64,000 nucleotides of DNA from Sphingomonas bacterium (lineage in GTDB: Bacteria; Pseudomonadota; Alphaproteobacteria; Sphingomonadales; Sphingomonadaceae): NCBI RefSeq assembly GCF_028289855.1, contig NZ_JAQGKZ010000125.1:677-64676 (forward strand). Direction: 5' to 3'. The translations under genes were made by a program, and so were the position numbers. This document shows, piece by piece, positions 35,800 to 48,128 of this stretch (position 1 is the stretch's first letter; every line of letters begins with the position of its first letter). Below the pieces are notes generated by a model, which was not told the DNA's origin, searched no databases, and saw only the letters and a list, made by a program, of their open reading frames with translations.

Positions 35800-36471
35800 T
35801 TGCGAGGCATGGTTCTCTTTTCGTTCGCCGATCATCAACTCGCCGCGCTGCCTGCGGGGGCGCTGTATTGGCCGGCGCGGCGCGCGCTGATCGTCGCCGA
35901 TCTACATTTCGAGAAAGCCAGCTGGTTCGCGAGCTTCGGCCAGATGCTGCCGCCGTATGACAGCGCCGCGACCCTGGCTGCGATCGAAGCGGTGGTCGCG
36001 GCGACCGACCCGGTCGAAATCTGGTGCCTGGGCGACAGCTTCCACGACGCGCGCGGCTGCGAACGGCTGCCCGCGGCGGAACAAGCCCGATTGTGCGCGC
36101 TGACCGCAGTGCATCGCTGGACGTGGATCGTCGGCAATCACGATTCGGCGATCGGCAATCCGTGCGGCGGAACGGTGATCGATGAGGCGGTAGTCGATGG
36201 GCTGGTGTTGCGGCATGAGGCCGACCCCCGCGATCCGCGTCCCGAACTGTCGGGGCATTTCCACCCCAAGCTCCGCGTGCGCGTGCGCGGACGGCTCGTG
36301 TCGCGGCGGTGTTTCATCGCCACCGACATCAAGCTTATCCTGCCGGCTTTCGGTGCGCTCACCGGCGGCCTCGATGTGGGACACCCGGAGATCGTTCGCG
36401 CGGTGGGACGCAGCGGCGAGGCGCTGGTGCCGATCGCGGACCGGTTATTGCGCTTCCCGCTCGCCGCCTGA
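35800..36471 (+). CDS. pdeM: ligase-associated DNA damage response endonuclease PdeM (metallophosphoesterase)
   Basis: ALIVADLHFEKAS, CLGDSFHD, VGNHDS, LRHEADP...SGHFHPK. Confidence 0.85.
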   Translation: MRGMVLFSFADHQLAALPAGALYWPARRALIVADLHFEKASWFASFGQMLPPYDSAATLAAIEAVVAATDPVEIWCLGDSFHDARGCERLPAAEQARLCALTAVHRWTWIVGNHDSAIGNPCGGTVIDEAVVDGLVLRHEADPRDPRPELSGHFHPKLRVRVRGRLVSRRCFIATDIKLILPAFGALTGGLDVGHPEIVRAVGRSGEALVPIADRLLRFPLAA

Positions 36472-37131
36472 TTATTTTGCCAGTTGCGGGAAGGCTGCGC
36501 GGAATGCCGCGACCTTGGGTTTGTCCCAATTCACGATGTACGGGTGGTTGGGATTCCTGTCGTAGAAGCGCTGGTGATATTCCTCGGCGGCGAAGAAGCG
36601 GCCGGTTTCCAGCTTCGTCACGATCGGGCGCTTGAACACCTTGGCCGCATTGAGCTGCGCGATATAGGCAGCTGCGACGCCGCGCTGGGCGGCATTCTGC
36701 GGGAAGATCGCGGTGCGATAACTTGGGCCTGAATCGGGGCCTTGCTGGTTGAGAGAGGTCGGGTCGGTGGCGATCGAGAAATAGACGCGCAGCAGCGTGC
36801 CGTAGCTGACGACGCGCGGGTCGTAGGTGATCCGCACCGCCTCGGCATGGCCTGTGCTCTCCGTCGATACCTGATCATAGGTTGCGGATTCCGCAGTGCC
36901 GCCGGCATAGCCAGCGGTGACGCCGGTGACGCCCTTCACGCGCTCGAACACCGCCTCCATCCCCCAGAAGCAGCCGCCGGCGAACACCGCGACGCGCGGT
37001 TGCGCGGCGGGAACGACGTCACGCGCCGGGGCGGGGATGATGACCGCGCGCTCGGCGCCGGCGCTGGTCGCGTGGGTAGCCGCAAGCATCGCGGCACCAG
37101 CCAGCGCTACTATCAGGAATGGCTTGATCAT
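36472..37131 (-). CDS. msrA: peptide-methionine (S)-S-oxide reductase MsrA with N-terminal signal peptide
   Basis: Active site AGGCFWGMEAVF. GGAGA SD 9 nt before the ATG at 37131. N-terminus MIKPFLIVALAGAAMLAATHATSA. Confidence 0.9.
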   Translation of the reverse strand: MIKPFLIVALAGAAMLAATHATSAGAERAVIIPAPARDVVPAAQPRVAVFAGGCFWGMEAVFERVKGVTGVTAGYAGGTAESATYDQVSTESTGHAEAVRITYDPRVVSYGTLLRVYFSIATDPTSLNQQGPDSGPSYRTAIFPQNAAQRGVAAAYIAQLNAAKVFKRPIVTKLETGRFFAAEEYHQRFYDRNPNHPYIVNWDKPKVAAFRAAFPQLAK

Positions 37132-37192
37132 TTTGGGTGTCTCCGTGTCGTTCTGCATATAGGAACGGCGGCGGAGCGGCCAAGGATGCGGC

Positions 37193-37336
37193 TTAGCGCG
37201 AAACGTTTGCGACCGTCGCTTGCGTGTGCGGCGCGGTCTGCGCGGTTGCCGGATGCAGCGCCAATACGCCGAGCCCGCCGAGCGCGAACCCGCCGAGGAA
37301 GCGCCACAGCATCGCGGATTTGAGAATGGTCTTCAT
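37193..37336 (-). CDS. small hypothetical membrane protein (47 aa)
   Basis: MKTILKSAMLWRFLGGFALGGLGVLALHPA... has one TM helix. The SD is weak. Speculative. Confidence 0.3.
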   Translation of the reverse strand: MKTILKSAMLWRFLGGFALGGLGVLALHPATAQTAPHTQATVANVSR

Positions 37337-37507
37337 GACTCTTGTCCCTTTGTGTGGGGGCGAAATCGGCACGATGCGGCGCCGCTTCAACCACCAATCC
37401 GTGAACAATAGGTTTCCGGGGCTGAACAAAAACTGGCCTGACCGTTCATCGAAGGTTTCGACGTTGGGCTGCGATCAGATACGCTGCGGCCGCATCCCTG
37501 GATGCAA

Positions 37508-40512
<3,005 letters not shown>

Positions 40513-40592
40513 GATTGCCGGGATGCAACCGAGGATGCCCCAAGGGCAAGCCCAAGCTTGCCGCGACCTCTACCGCGCTTTACCTCGCGACC

Positions 40593-41255
40593 ATGGCCGA
40601 TCCCTCCCAGCCGCTGCGCGCGGCGATCATCCCCGTCACCCCGCTCCAGCAGAATTGCACCCTCGTCTGGTGCACGAAGACGATGCGCGGCGCGTTCGTC
40701 GATCCCGGCGGCGACTTGCCGTTGCTCAAATCGGCGATGGAAAAACATGATGTCGCGATCGAAAAGATCCTGATCACCCATGGCCATTTCGACCATGCCG
40801 CCGGCGCCGCGCAGCTCGCCGAGGATCTCGGCGTGCCGATCGAGGGGCCGCATCCCGACGACGATTGGCTGATCGAGCGGCTCGGTGAGGATGGATTCAA
40901 GTACGGCATCCCGGGCCGATCGTTCGTCCCCGCGCGCTGGCTCGACCAGGGCGACGACGTGACGGTGGGCGAGGTCAGCTTTGCGGTGCACCACACGCCG
41001 GGGCACACCCCGGGCCATGTCGTGTTCCACAACGCCGAATCGAAGCTGGCGATCGTCGGCGACGTGCTGTTCCAGGGGTCGATCGGCCGCACCGATTTCC
41101 CGCGCGGCGACCATCAGCAATTGATCAACTCGATCGTCACGCGGCTGTGGCCGATGGGCAACGACACCGTCTTCCTCCCCGGCCACGGTCAGCCGAGCAC
41201 CTTCGCGCAGGAGCGCGCAAGCAATCCGTTCGTCGCCGATTCGGTGCTCGCCTGA
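40593..41255 (+). CDS. MBL fold metallo-hydrolase (glyoxalase II-like)
   Basis: ITHGHFDHAAG motif. 220 aa. Confidence 0.85.
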   Translation: MADPSQPLRAAIIPVTPLQQNCTLVWCTKTMRGAFVDPGGDLPLLKSAMEKHDVAIEKILITHGHFDHAAGAAQLAEDLGVPIEGPHPDDDWLIERLGEDGFKYGIPGRSFVPARWLDQGDDVTVGEVSFAVHHTPGHTPGHVVFHNAESKLAIVGDVLFQGSIGRTDFPRGDHQQLINSIVTRLWPMGNDTVFLPGHGQPSTFAQERASNPFVADSVLA

Positions 41256-41268
41256 CGCGCAGAGGACC

Positions 41269-41712
41269 CTAGGCCCTCGGTACGGCGAAGATCGTCTGGC
41301 CGTTCGGCGCCGGCGGCGCGGCGGCGCCCTGATAGCCGATCGCCAGCGCCCAGACCGACAGTGCGAGCAGTACGGCCAAGGTCGTCATCGCACCGATCCG
41401 GCGCAGGATGCGTGGACTCGTCGGGTCCATGCCGAGCCCGTGGCACAGCCGCGCCAGGATGAACGCCACGCCGATCAGCCACAGCCACAGGCTCGGTCCG
41501 CGCGCCGCTTCGATCAGCGCGATCAGGATCAGCACGAACGGGGCATATTCGACGAAATTGAGGTGCGCCCGTGTGCGTGCAACGAGCGGTTCGCTCCCGC
41601 CGTCGCCCAGCCAGACGTTGGCCTTCGAGCGGACCTGCGTCACGCGGATCGCCAGCCAGATGTTGATCAGGCCGGCGGCGGCGGCCATCACGAGCGTTAT
41701 CGGCAAGATCAT
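41269..41712 (-). CDS. MAPEG family membrane protein
   Basis: 147 aa with 4 TM helices. RAHLNFVEYAPFVL is the typical MAPEG motif. Confidence 0.78.
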   Translation of the reverse strand: MILPITLVMAAAAGLINIWLAIRVTQVRSKANVWLGDGGSEPLVARTRAHLNFVEYAPFVLILIALIEAARGPSLWLWLIGVAFILARLCHGLGMDPTSPRILRRIGAMTTLAVLLALSVWALAIGYQGAAAPPAPNGQTIFAVPRA

Positions 41713-41912
41713 GTCGTTCCCCTGTTGCGCGGGCGACCGTGGCACCGGGCGCGCCGGGTTGCAACGCCGCGCCAAATCGCTATAGGCGCGCTCTTCGCGA
41801 TCAATCCCGCCGAATTGCGCCGCGTATCCGACCCGTTCGGTTGCGCAGGTGCCTTTCCGGGCCTAATCGTCCTGATCAATTCGATTTTCAGTATTAGAAG
41901 GTTATCGCCGCA

Positions 41913-42092
41913 ATGGCCGTCCCTAAACGCAAAACCTCGCCCTCACGCCGTGGCATGCGCCGCTCGCACGATTCGCTTTCGGTCGAATCGTATCAGGAAT
42001 GCCCGAATTGCGGCGAACTGAAGCGCCCGCACAATCTGTGCGGGTCGTGCGGGCACTATAACGGCCGCGAGATCGTTTCGGTCGAAGGCTAA
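41913..42092 (+). CDS. rpmF: 50S ribosomal protein L32
   Basis: Absent from the ORF track (59 aa). Translated by hand: [59 protein letters not shown]. Confidence 0.93.
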   Translation: MAVPKRKTSPSRRGMRRSHDSLSVESYQECPNCGELKRPHNLCGSCGHYNGREIVSVEG

Positions 42093-42115
42093 TCGACGTC
42101 CCAGGGGAATAAAGC

Positions 42116-43162
42116 GTGACCACCGGCTCCTGGATCGCCGTCGACGCCATGGGCGGTGACGAGGGGCTGGCGGTGATGCTAGCGGGAGTCGCGGAAGCGC
42201 GACGCCGGTACGACGGCACGCACTTCTTCCTGGTCGGCGACGAAAAAGCGATCGCGGAGGGGCTCAAGAAGCACCCCAACCTCACTGCCAATTCCGAAAT
42301 CGTCCACGCCCCCGATGTGATCCGGGGCGACGAGAAGCCCAGCCAGGCGATCCGCCGCGCCAAGACCACCTCGATGGGGGTCGCGATCGACCTGGTGAAG
42401 CAGGGCCGGGCGGCCGCCGCAGTGTCGTCGGGCAATACCGGGGCGCTGATGGCGATGGCCAAAGTATCGCTGCGCACGATGAAGGGGATCGACCGCCCAG
42501 CACTCGCCGGGCTGATGCCCAGCCTCGGCTCGCACGACACGGTGGTGCTCGACCTCGGCGCGAATACCGAATGCGATGCGCGCAATCTCGAAGAGTTCGC
42601 GATCATGGGCGCCGCCTATGCGCGCACCATGCTCGACCTCGAAAGCCCGCGCGTCGCGTTGCTCAACATCGGCACCGAGGACATGAAGGGCACCGGGATC
42701 ATCCGCGAAGCGGCGCAGGCTTTGCGCGCGGCGACGCATCTGCCGTTGACCTTCACCGGGTTCATCGAAGGCGACAAATTGTCGCGCGGCGACGTCGACG
42801 TGATCGTGTGCGACGGCTTTTCGGGCAACGTTGCGCTCAAGACGGCTGAGGGCACCGCGCGGTTCGTCGCAGACTTGCTGCGGATCGCCTTCTCCAGTTC
42901 GGTGCGTTCCAAGATCGGCTTCCTGATCTCGCGCCCGGCGACCGAGCTGTTGCGCGACCGGCTCGACCCCAACAACCATAACGGCGCGGTGTTTCTCGGG
43001 CTCAACGGGCTGGTCGTGAAGAGCCATGGCGGCGCCAATGAGAACGGGGTTGCGACCGCGATCGCGGTGGCGGTGAAGAGCGTGCGCGACGACCTCGCGA
43101 TCAAGATCGCCGAGGACCTCCAGCATTTCGCGCAAGCGACGCCGGCCGAGGTCGCGGCATGA
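42116..43162 (+). CDS. plsX: phosphate acyltransferase PlsX
   Basis: IAVDAMGGD... and GFSGNVALK motifs. Follows rpmF. Confidence 0.95.
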   Translation: MTTGSWIAVDAMGGDEGLAVMLAGVAEARRRYDGTHFFLVGDEKAIAEGLKKHPNLTANSEIVHAPDVIRGDEKPSQAIRRAKTTSMGVAIDLVKQGRAAAAVSSGNTGALMAMAKVSLRTMKGIDRPALAGLMPSLGSHDTVVLDLGANTECDARNLEEFAIMGAAYARTMLDLESPRVALLNIGTEDMKGTGIIREAAQALRAATHLPLTFTGFIEGDKLSRGDVDVIVCDGFSGNVALKTAEGTARFVADLLRIAFSSSVRSKIGFLISRPATELLRDRLDPNNHNGAVFLGLNGLVVKSHGGANENGVATAIAVAVKSVRDDLAIKIAEDLQHFAQATPAEVAA

Positions 43163-44124
43163 GGCGCGCGGTGCTGATCGGCACCGGATCGGCGCTGCCC
43201 GCGCGGCGCGTGTCTAACGCCGAGTTGGCCGAGACCGTCGATACCAGCGACGAATGGATTGTCGAGCGCACCGGTATCCGTTTCCGCCACATCGCCAGTC
43301 CCGACGAAACGACGGGAACGCTGGGCGCCGATGCAGCACGTGCGGCGCTGGGTGCAGCGGGCAAGCGCGCGGCAGACATCGACCTGATCGTGCTGGCGAC
43401 CGCGACCCCCGACCAGACCTTTCCCGCCACTGCAACCAAGATTCAGGCGATGCTGGGGATAAACGATTGCGTCGCGTTCGATGTCGGCGCGGTCTGCTCG
43501 GGCTTCCTCTACGCGATCCAGGTCGCCGACAGCCTGATCCGCACCGGTTCGGCGAATCGCGCGCTGGTGATCGGATCGGAGACGTTCAGCCGCATCCTCG
43601 ACTGGGAGGACCGCGCGACGTGCGTCCTGTTCGGCGACGGCGCGGGCGCGGTGGTGCTCGAGGGGCAGGAGGTATCCGATGACGGCCCCGGCATCCTGAC
43701 GACAAAGCTCCACGCCGACGGGCGGCACAACGAATTGCTCTATGTCGATGGCGGCCCCTCGACCACCGGCACGGTCGGCAAGGTGCGGATGAAGGGGCGC
43801 GAGGTGTTCCGCCACGCCGTCACCAACCTGGCCAGCGTGCTCAACGAATCGCTTGGCGCGGTGGGCATGACCGCGGCCGACGTCGACTGGGTGGTCCCGC
43901 ACCAGGCCAATGCCCGCATCCTCGACGCGACCGCGCGCAAGCTCGGGCTGCCCGCCGAAAAGGTCGTCGTCACCGTCGATCAGCACGCCAACACCTCGGC
44001 GGCGTCGGTGCCGCTCGCGCTCGACGTCGCGACGCGCGACGGGCGGATCAAACCGGGACAGATCGTCGTGCTCGAAGCGATGGGCGGCGGCTTCACTTGG
44101 GGTGCCGCGGTGGTGCGGACCTGA
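43159..44124 (+). CDS. fabH: beta-ketoacyl-ACP synthase III
   Basis: Active-site AVCSGF, HQAN and GGGFTWG motifs. ATGA overlap with plsX. Confidence 0.95.
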   Translation: MRRAVLIGTGSALPARRVSNAELAETVDTSDEWIVERTGIRFRHIASPDETTGTLGADAARAALGAAGKRAADIDLIVLATATPDQTFPATATKIQAMLGINDCVAFDVGAVCSGFLYAIQVADSLIRTGSANRALVIGSETFSRILDWEDRATCVLFGDGAGAVVLEGQEVSDDGPGILTTKLHADGRHNELLYVDGGPSTTGTVGKVRMKGREVFRHAVTNLASVLNESLGAVGMTAADVDWVVPHQANARILDATARKLGLPAEKVVVTVDQHANTSAASVPLALDVATRDGRIKPGQIVVLEAMGGGFTWGAAVVRT

Positions 44125-44224
44125 TTGCGATCGAAACAAGACAGTAACGTTTACGTAACTATCGCTTTTCCTGATTGGCATCATTGTGTTACGGTGATTT
44201 TCTGGCACCTGGGGAGGGGCATAG

Positions 44225-44524
44225 ATGACGAATATGGGTACGTTGACACGGGCTGATCTGGCCGACGCCTTGCAGCGCGAAGTCGGGCTGTCGCGCGCCG
44301 ATTCGGCCAAGCTGGTCGAGGAAATCCTGCATTATATGTGCGAAGCGCTGTCGCGCGGCGAAAACGTCAAGATTTCCGGGTTCGGGACGTTCGTCCTGCG
44401 CGACAAGGGCCAGCGCATCGGACGCAATCCCAAGACCGGGGTCGAAGTGCCGATCGCGCCGCGCCGCGTGCTGACCTTCCGCGCCAGCCAGATGATGCGC
44501 GACCGCATCGTCAGCGCGGGCTGA
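44225..44524 (+). CDS. ihfA: integration host factor subunit alpha
   Basis: 99 aa. [27 protein letters not shown] is the IHF/HU signature. Confidence 0.93.
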   Translation: MTNMGTLTRADLADALQREVGLSRADSAKLVEEILHYMCEALSRGENVKISGFGTFVLRDKGQRIGRNPKTGVEVPIAPRRVLTFRASQMMRDRIVSAG

Positions 44525-44532
44525 TTGATACC

Positions 44533-44892
44533 ATGGCGGCCGGCGACAAGGCGGCTGGCGCATTCCGTACGATCGGCGAGGTATCGCAGGATACCGGGCT
44601 GCCGCAGCACATCCTGCGCTATTGGGAAACGCGGTTTCCGCAGCTACGGCCGCTGCAACGCGCCGGCAAGCGGCGCTATTACCGGCCCGAAGACGTCGCC
44701 CTGGTGCGGCGGATCAACGACCTGCTCAATCAACAGGGTTACACCGTTCGCGGTGTCCAGAAGCTGTTGATGACCGAAGCGCGGGGTGTGCCGGAATCGG
44801 CCGCACCTGTTCCTGTGGCGGGCGCGCCGGTCGAATCGTCGAACCTCCGGACGATCCGCGACTTGCTGGCGCGAGCACTCGCCCAGGCCTAA
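44533..44892 (+). CDS. MerR family transcriptional regulator
   Basis: FRTIGEVSQDTGLPQHILRYWETRFPQLRP..R..G.RRYY is the conserved ihfA-adjacent MerR. Confidence 0.85.
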   Translation: MAAGDKAAGAFRTIGEVSQDTGLPQHILRYWETRFPQLRPLQRAGKRRYYRPEDVALVRRINDLLNQQGYTVRGVQKLLMTEARGVPESAAPVPVAGAPVESSNLRTIRDLLARALAQA

Positions 44893-45557
44893 CGCGGGAC
44901 CAGCCCGTCGCGGAGCATGTCGGCCACCGTATCGGCCACTGCGTCGGGGGTGCGATCCTCGTCCCACACGCCGTAGCGCAGCCCCAGGAACACGTTCATC
45001 CCCATGATCGCCCATGCGTGGACGTCGGACACGTCGGCGCGCACTTCGCCACGCCCGGCGGCCGCCTTCAGGCGTTGTTCGATACGCTCGGCGGTGGTGG
45101 CATAATGGTCGCGAAAGCTCGCCGGATCGACGAACTCGGCCTCGTCGATGATGCGGTAGATTTCCTTGTGGCCGCGCACGAAGTCGAGAAAGCTCGACAG
45201 ACCGGCGCGCTCGGCGGCGATCTGGTCGGGCGCGTTGCGTAATGCGGGTGCGACGCGGTCGCGGACCTGTTCGGACATGTCGCGCACCAGCGCGCGGAAG
45301 ATTGCGTCCTTCGAATCGAAATACGTGTAGAACGTGCCGAGCGCGACCCCCGCCCGGCGGGTGATTCCGCTGATCGACCCTTCATGAAAGCCCTTTTCGC
45401 CGAACTCTTCGGCGGCAGCGTCCAAGATCGCGCGCAATGTGCGCCGGCCGCGATCGGTGCGCGGCGCCTTGCCCGCGCTGGCGGTGGCGTCGAGGCCGCG
45501 CGCGTCAGCTTCGCCGATTACATCGACAAGCGTTGCCTTCGCGCCACGCTGCACCAT
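44889..45557 (-). CDS. TetR/AcrR family transcriptional regulator
   Basis: HTH region ILDAAAEEFGEKGFHEGSISGITRRAGVALGTFYTYF. ATG at 45557 follows a GGAGG SD. Confidence 0.85.
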   Translation of the reverse strand: MVQRGAKATLVDVIGEADARGLDATASAGKAPRTDRGRRTLRAILDAAAEEFGEKGFHEGSISGITRRAGVALGTFYTYFDSKDAIFRALVRDMSEQVRDRVAPALRNAPDQIAAERAGLSSFLDFVRGHKEIYRIIDEAEFVDPASFRDHYATTAERIEQRLKAAAGRGEVRADVSDVHAWAIMGMNVFLGLRYGVWDEDRTPDAVADTVADMLRDGLVPR

Positions 45558-45585
45558 CTTTTTCGCCTCCCCCACAGTCCGAAGT

Positions 45586-45606
45586 TGAAACCCGGTTCAG
45601 GTTTCA
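45586..45606. promoter_or_regulatory. candidate TetR operator (inverted repeat)
   Basis: TGAACC-containing palindrome TGAAACC-CGGTTCA-GGTTTCA in the TetR/TonB-receptor divergent intergenic region. Confidence 0.35.
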
Positions 45607-45683
45607 GTATACGCCGCTTCGACAAGCGTTCAACCGGGTCGTTGGCCCGCGCGACGATAAACGGTTTCGGGAGGGAGATTACA

Positions 45684-48059
45684 ATGATCGGCACTCGCAC
45701 GCGCAAGCTTCAGGCGGCGCTCTATACCGGCGCGGCACTGACCGCGTTGTTCGCCGCACCGGCCTATGCACAGGACGCCCCCGCTGCAGCGGCGCCGACC
45801 GAGGCGCAGGACGATAGCGGGTCGGGCGACATCATCATTACCGCGCGCCGCCGCGAGGAAACCTTACTCAACGTGCCGATCGCGGTCACCGCAATCACCG
45901 GCGACAAGCTGGAAAAAATCGGCGCGGTCGATTTGACCGACCTTCAGGCGATCAGCCCGAACACTACGATCAAGGACGCGCGCGGGACCAACTCGACGCT
46001 CGCCGCCTTCATCCGCGGCGTCGGCCAGCAGGATCCCGTTCCAGGGTTCGAAGCGGGCATCGGCATCTATCTCGACGACGTCTATCTCAATCGCCCGCAA
46101 GCCGCGGTGCTCGATATCTATGACGTCGAGCGGATCGAAGTACTGCGCGGGCCGCAGGGCACGCTCTATGGCCGCAACACGATCGGCGGTGCGATCAAGT
46201 ATGTGACCAAGCGGTTGTCCGACGATTTCTCGGCGTCGGTTCGCGGCGCTTATGGTTCGTACAATCAAGCCGACGGCATCGTCAGCCTGTCGACGCCGAT
46301 CGGATCGATGGTCCGCGTCGGCGTGTCGGGCGCGCGGCTGACGCGCGACGGGTTCGGCCGCAACCGCACCTTGGGCATCGACAATTACAACAAGAATATC
46401 TGGGCCGGGCGCGGCACGATCGAGTTCGAGACGCCCGACAGCGGGCTGTTCGTCCGCATCACCGGCGATTACACCCACGACAAGTCGGCGCCGCGCAGCG
46501 GGCATCGGATGTTCGCGGGCCTGCTAACCGGATCGCCGGTGTTGTCGAACGTCTATGACACCAATGCCGGCCTCAATTTCCCCAAGCAGGACATCCAGGC
46601 CGGCGGCCTGTCGATGGCGGTAACCGCCAAGCTGGGCGGCGGGTTCACGCTGCGCAGCATCAGCGCATGGCGCAAGGATCGCAGTTTTGCCCCGATCGAC
46701 TTCGATTCGACACCGTCGGTCGATGTCGACGTGCCGGCGGTCTATCGCAACGAGCAGACCAGCCAGGAATTCCAGCTGCTCTATTCGAGCCCCAAGCTGA
46801 ACGGCCTGGTCGGTTTCTATTATCTGGGCGCCAAGGCATCGACGACGTTCGACGTCTTGCTCAACACGACGCTCGCCAATCTGAACGGCAATACCAAGGG
46901 TGACGTGCGCACCGAAACGTCATCGGTGTTCGCCGACTTCACCTATGATTTCATCCCGCAGCTCAGCCTGTCGCTCGGCGGTCGCTACACGTGGGATCAG
47001 CGCAAGTCATTCATCTTCAAGCAGAATTATCTGGGCGGCCCGAACTTTGGCGCGTCGCCAGATTTCGGCGGCAACCCCATTGCGTTCGGCGCACCATCGA
47101 CCAACTTCCGCGGCGAGGCGAACTTCAAGCGCTTCACCCCGCGCGCGTCGTTGGCGTTCAAGCCGACTGCCGACCATTTGTTCTACATATCCTATTCGGA
47201 AGGCTTCAAGGGCGGCGGGTTCGATCCGCGCGGGTCGGGCACGTCGGCGCCGATCAGCAATGCTGCGGCGGGCCGTACCTATCAGGACATCTACAACTAT
47301 CTCGCGTTCAAGCCCGAGGTGGTGAAGAGCTATGAGATCGGCTGGAAGGGTTCGGCACTCGACAAGCGGCTGACCTGGGCGCTCGACGGCTTCTATGCCG
47401 ATTACTCGAACGTGCAGATTCCCGGATCGGTCGCCTGCATCATCGGTGGCGTCGCCAGCTTCTGCGGCATCACCACCAATGCCGCCAAGGCGGACATCAA
47501 GGGTATCGAGCTCGAGACGACCGCGGTCCTGGCCCGCGGTTTCGCGGGTGCCGGATCGAACGTCAGTTTCTCCGGCGCGCTGGGATATATCGAGCCCAAG
47601 TACAAGCGCTATATCGGCCCGACCGGGACCGACGTGTCGGCGTTCCGCCAGTTCCAGAATACCCCGAAATGGACGTTGTCCGGAACGCTCGCCGGCAACT
47701 TGCCGGTGGGACCTGGCAGCGTGAATGCCTCGACCACGGTGTCGTACCGCTCGACGACGCACCAGTTCGAGGTGGCGAGCCCGTTCCTCGACCAGCCGGC
47801 CTATACGTTGTGGGATGCCAATCTGACCTACAGCTTCGGGTCGAACGGCCGCTACTCGATCGGTGTGCACGCCAAGAACATCACCGACGTGCATTACAAG
47901 ATCGGCGGGTACCAGTATCTGGCGGCGAACGCGGCGACCGGGGCGATCATCTATACCCCCGCAGGCGGCGTGACCCCGACCCTGGGCAAGGAAGGCATCG
48001 CCACCGCGTTCTACGGCAACCCGCGCCAGGTGTTCGGAACCTTCTCGCTCAAATTCTGA
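45684..48059 (+). CDS. TonB-dependent receptor
   Basis: Signal peptide ending AYAQ. Plug-domain block EETLLNVPIAVTAITGDKLEK. C-terminal ...FGTFSLKF ends in Phe. Confidence 0.9.
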   Translation: MIGTRTRKLQAALYTGAALTALFAAPAYAQDAPAAAAPTEAQDDSGSGDIIITARRREETLLNVPIAVTAITGDKLEKIGAVDLTDLQAISPNTTIKDARGTNSTLAAFIRGVGQQDPVPGFEAGIGIYLDDVYLNRPQAAVLDIYDVERIEVLRGPQGTLYGRNTIGGAIKYVTKRLSDDFSASVRGAYGSYNQADGIVSLSTPIGSMVRVGVSGARLTRDGFGRNRTLGIDNYNKNIWAGRGTIEFETPDSGLFVRITGDYTHDKSAPRSGHRMFAGLLTGSPVLSNVYDTNAGLNFPKQDIQAGGLSMAVTAKLGGGFTLRSISAWRKDRSFAPIDFDSTPSVDVDVPAVYRNEQTSQEFQLLYSSPKLNGLVGFYYLGAKASTTFDVLLNTTLANLNGNTKGDVRTETSSVFADFTYDFIPQLSLSLGGRYTWDQRKSFIFKQNYLGGPNFGASPDFGGNPIAFGAPSTNFRGEANFKRFTPRASLAFKPTADHLFYISYSEGFKGGGFDPRGSGTSAPISNAAAGRTYQDIYNYLAFKPEVVKSYEIGWKGSALDKRLTWALDGFYADYSNVQIPGSVACIIGGVASFCGITTNAAKADIKGIELETTAVLARGFAGAGSNVSFSGALGYIEPKYKRYIGPTGTDVSAFRQFQNTPKWTLSGTLAGNLPVGPGSVNASTTVSYRSTTHQFEVASPFLDQPAYTLWDANLTYSFGSNGRYSIGVHAKNITDVHYKIGGYQYLAANAATGAIIYTPAGGVTPTLGKEGIATAFYGNPRQVFGTFSLKF

Positions 48060-48081
48060 TCGACTGATAAGGGGGAAGAGA

Positions 48082-48117
48082 GCCGGGTACGCACCGCGTG
48101 CCCGGCCTCTTTTTTTG
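48082..48117 (+). terminator. rho-independent terminator of the TonB-dependent receptor gene
   Basis: GCCGGGTACGC-ACC-GCGTGCCCGGC followed by CTCTTTTTTT. Confidence 0.8.
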
Positions 48118-48128
48118 AGGGGACGAGG

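Noticed and set aside
44140-44180. AT-rich segment with the near-palindrome GTAACGTTTACGTAAC upstream of ihfA, considered as a regulator or IHF site.
   Set aside because: It is a single imperfect palindrome in a normal promoter-sized AT-rich spacer. I cannot tell it apart from ordinary promoter sequence without data.
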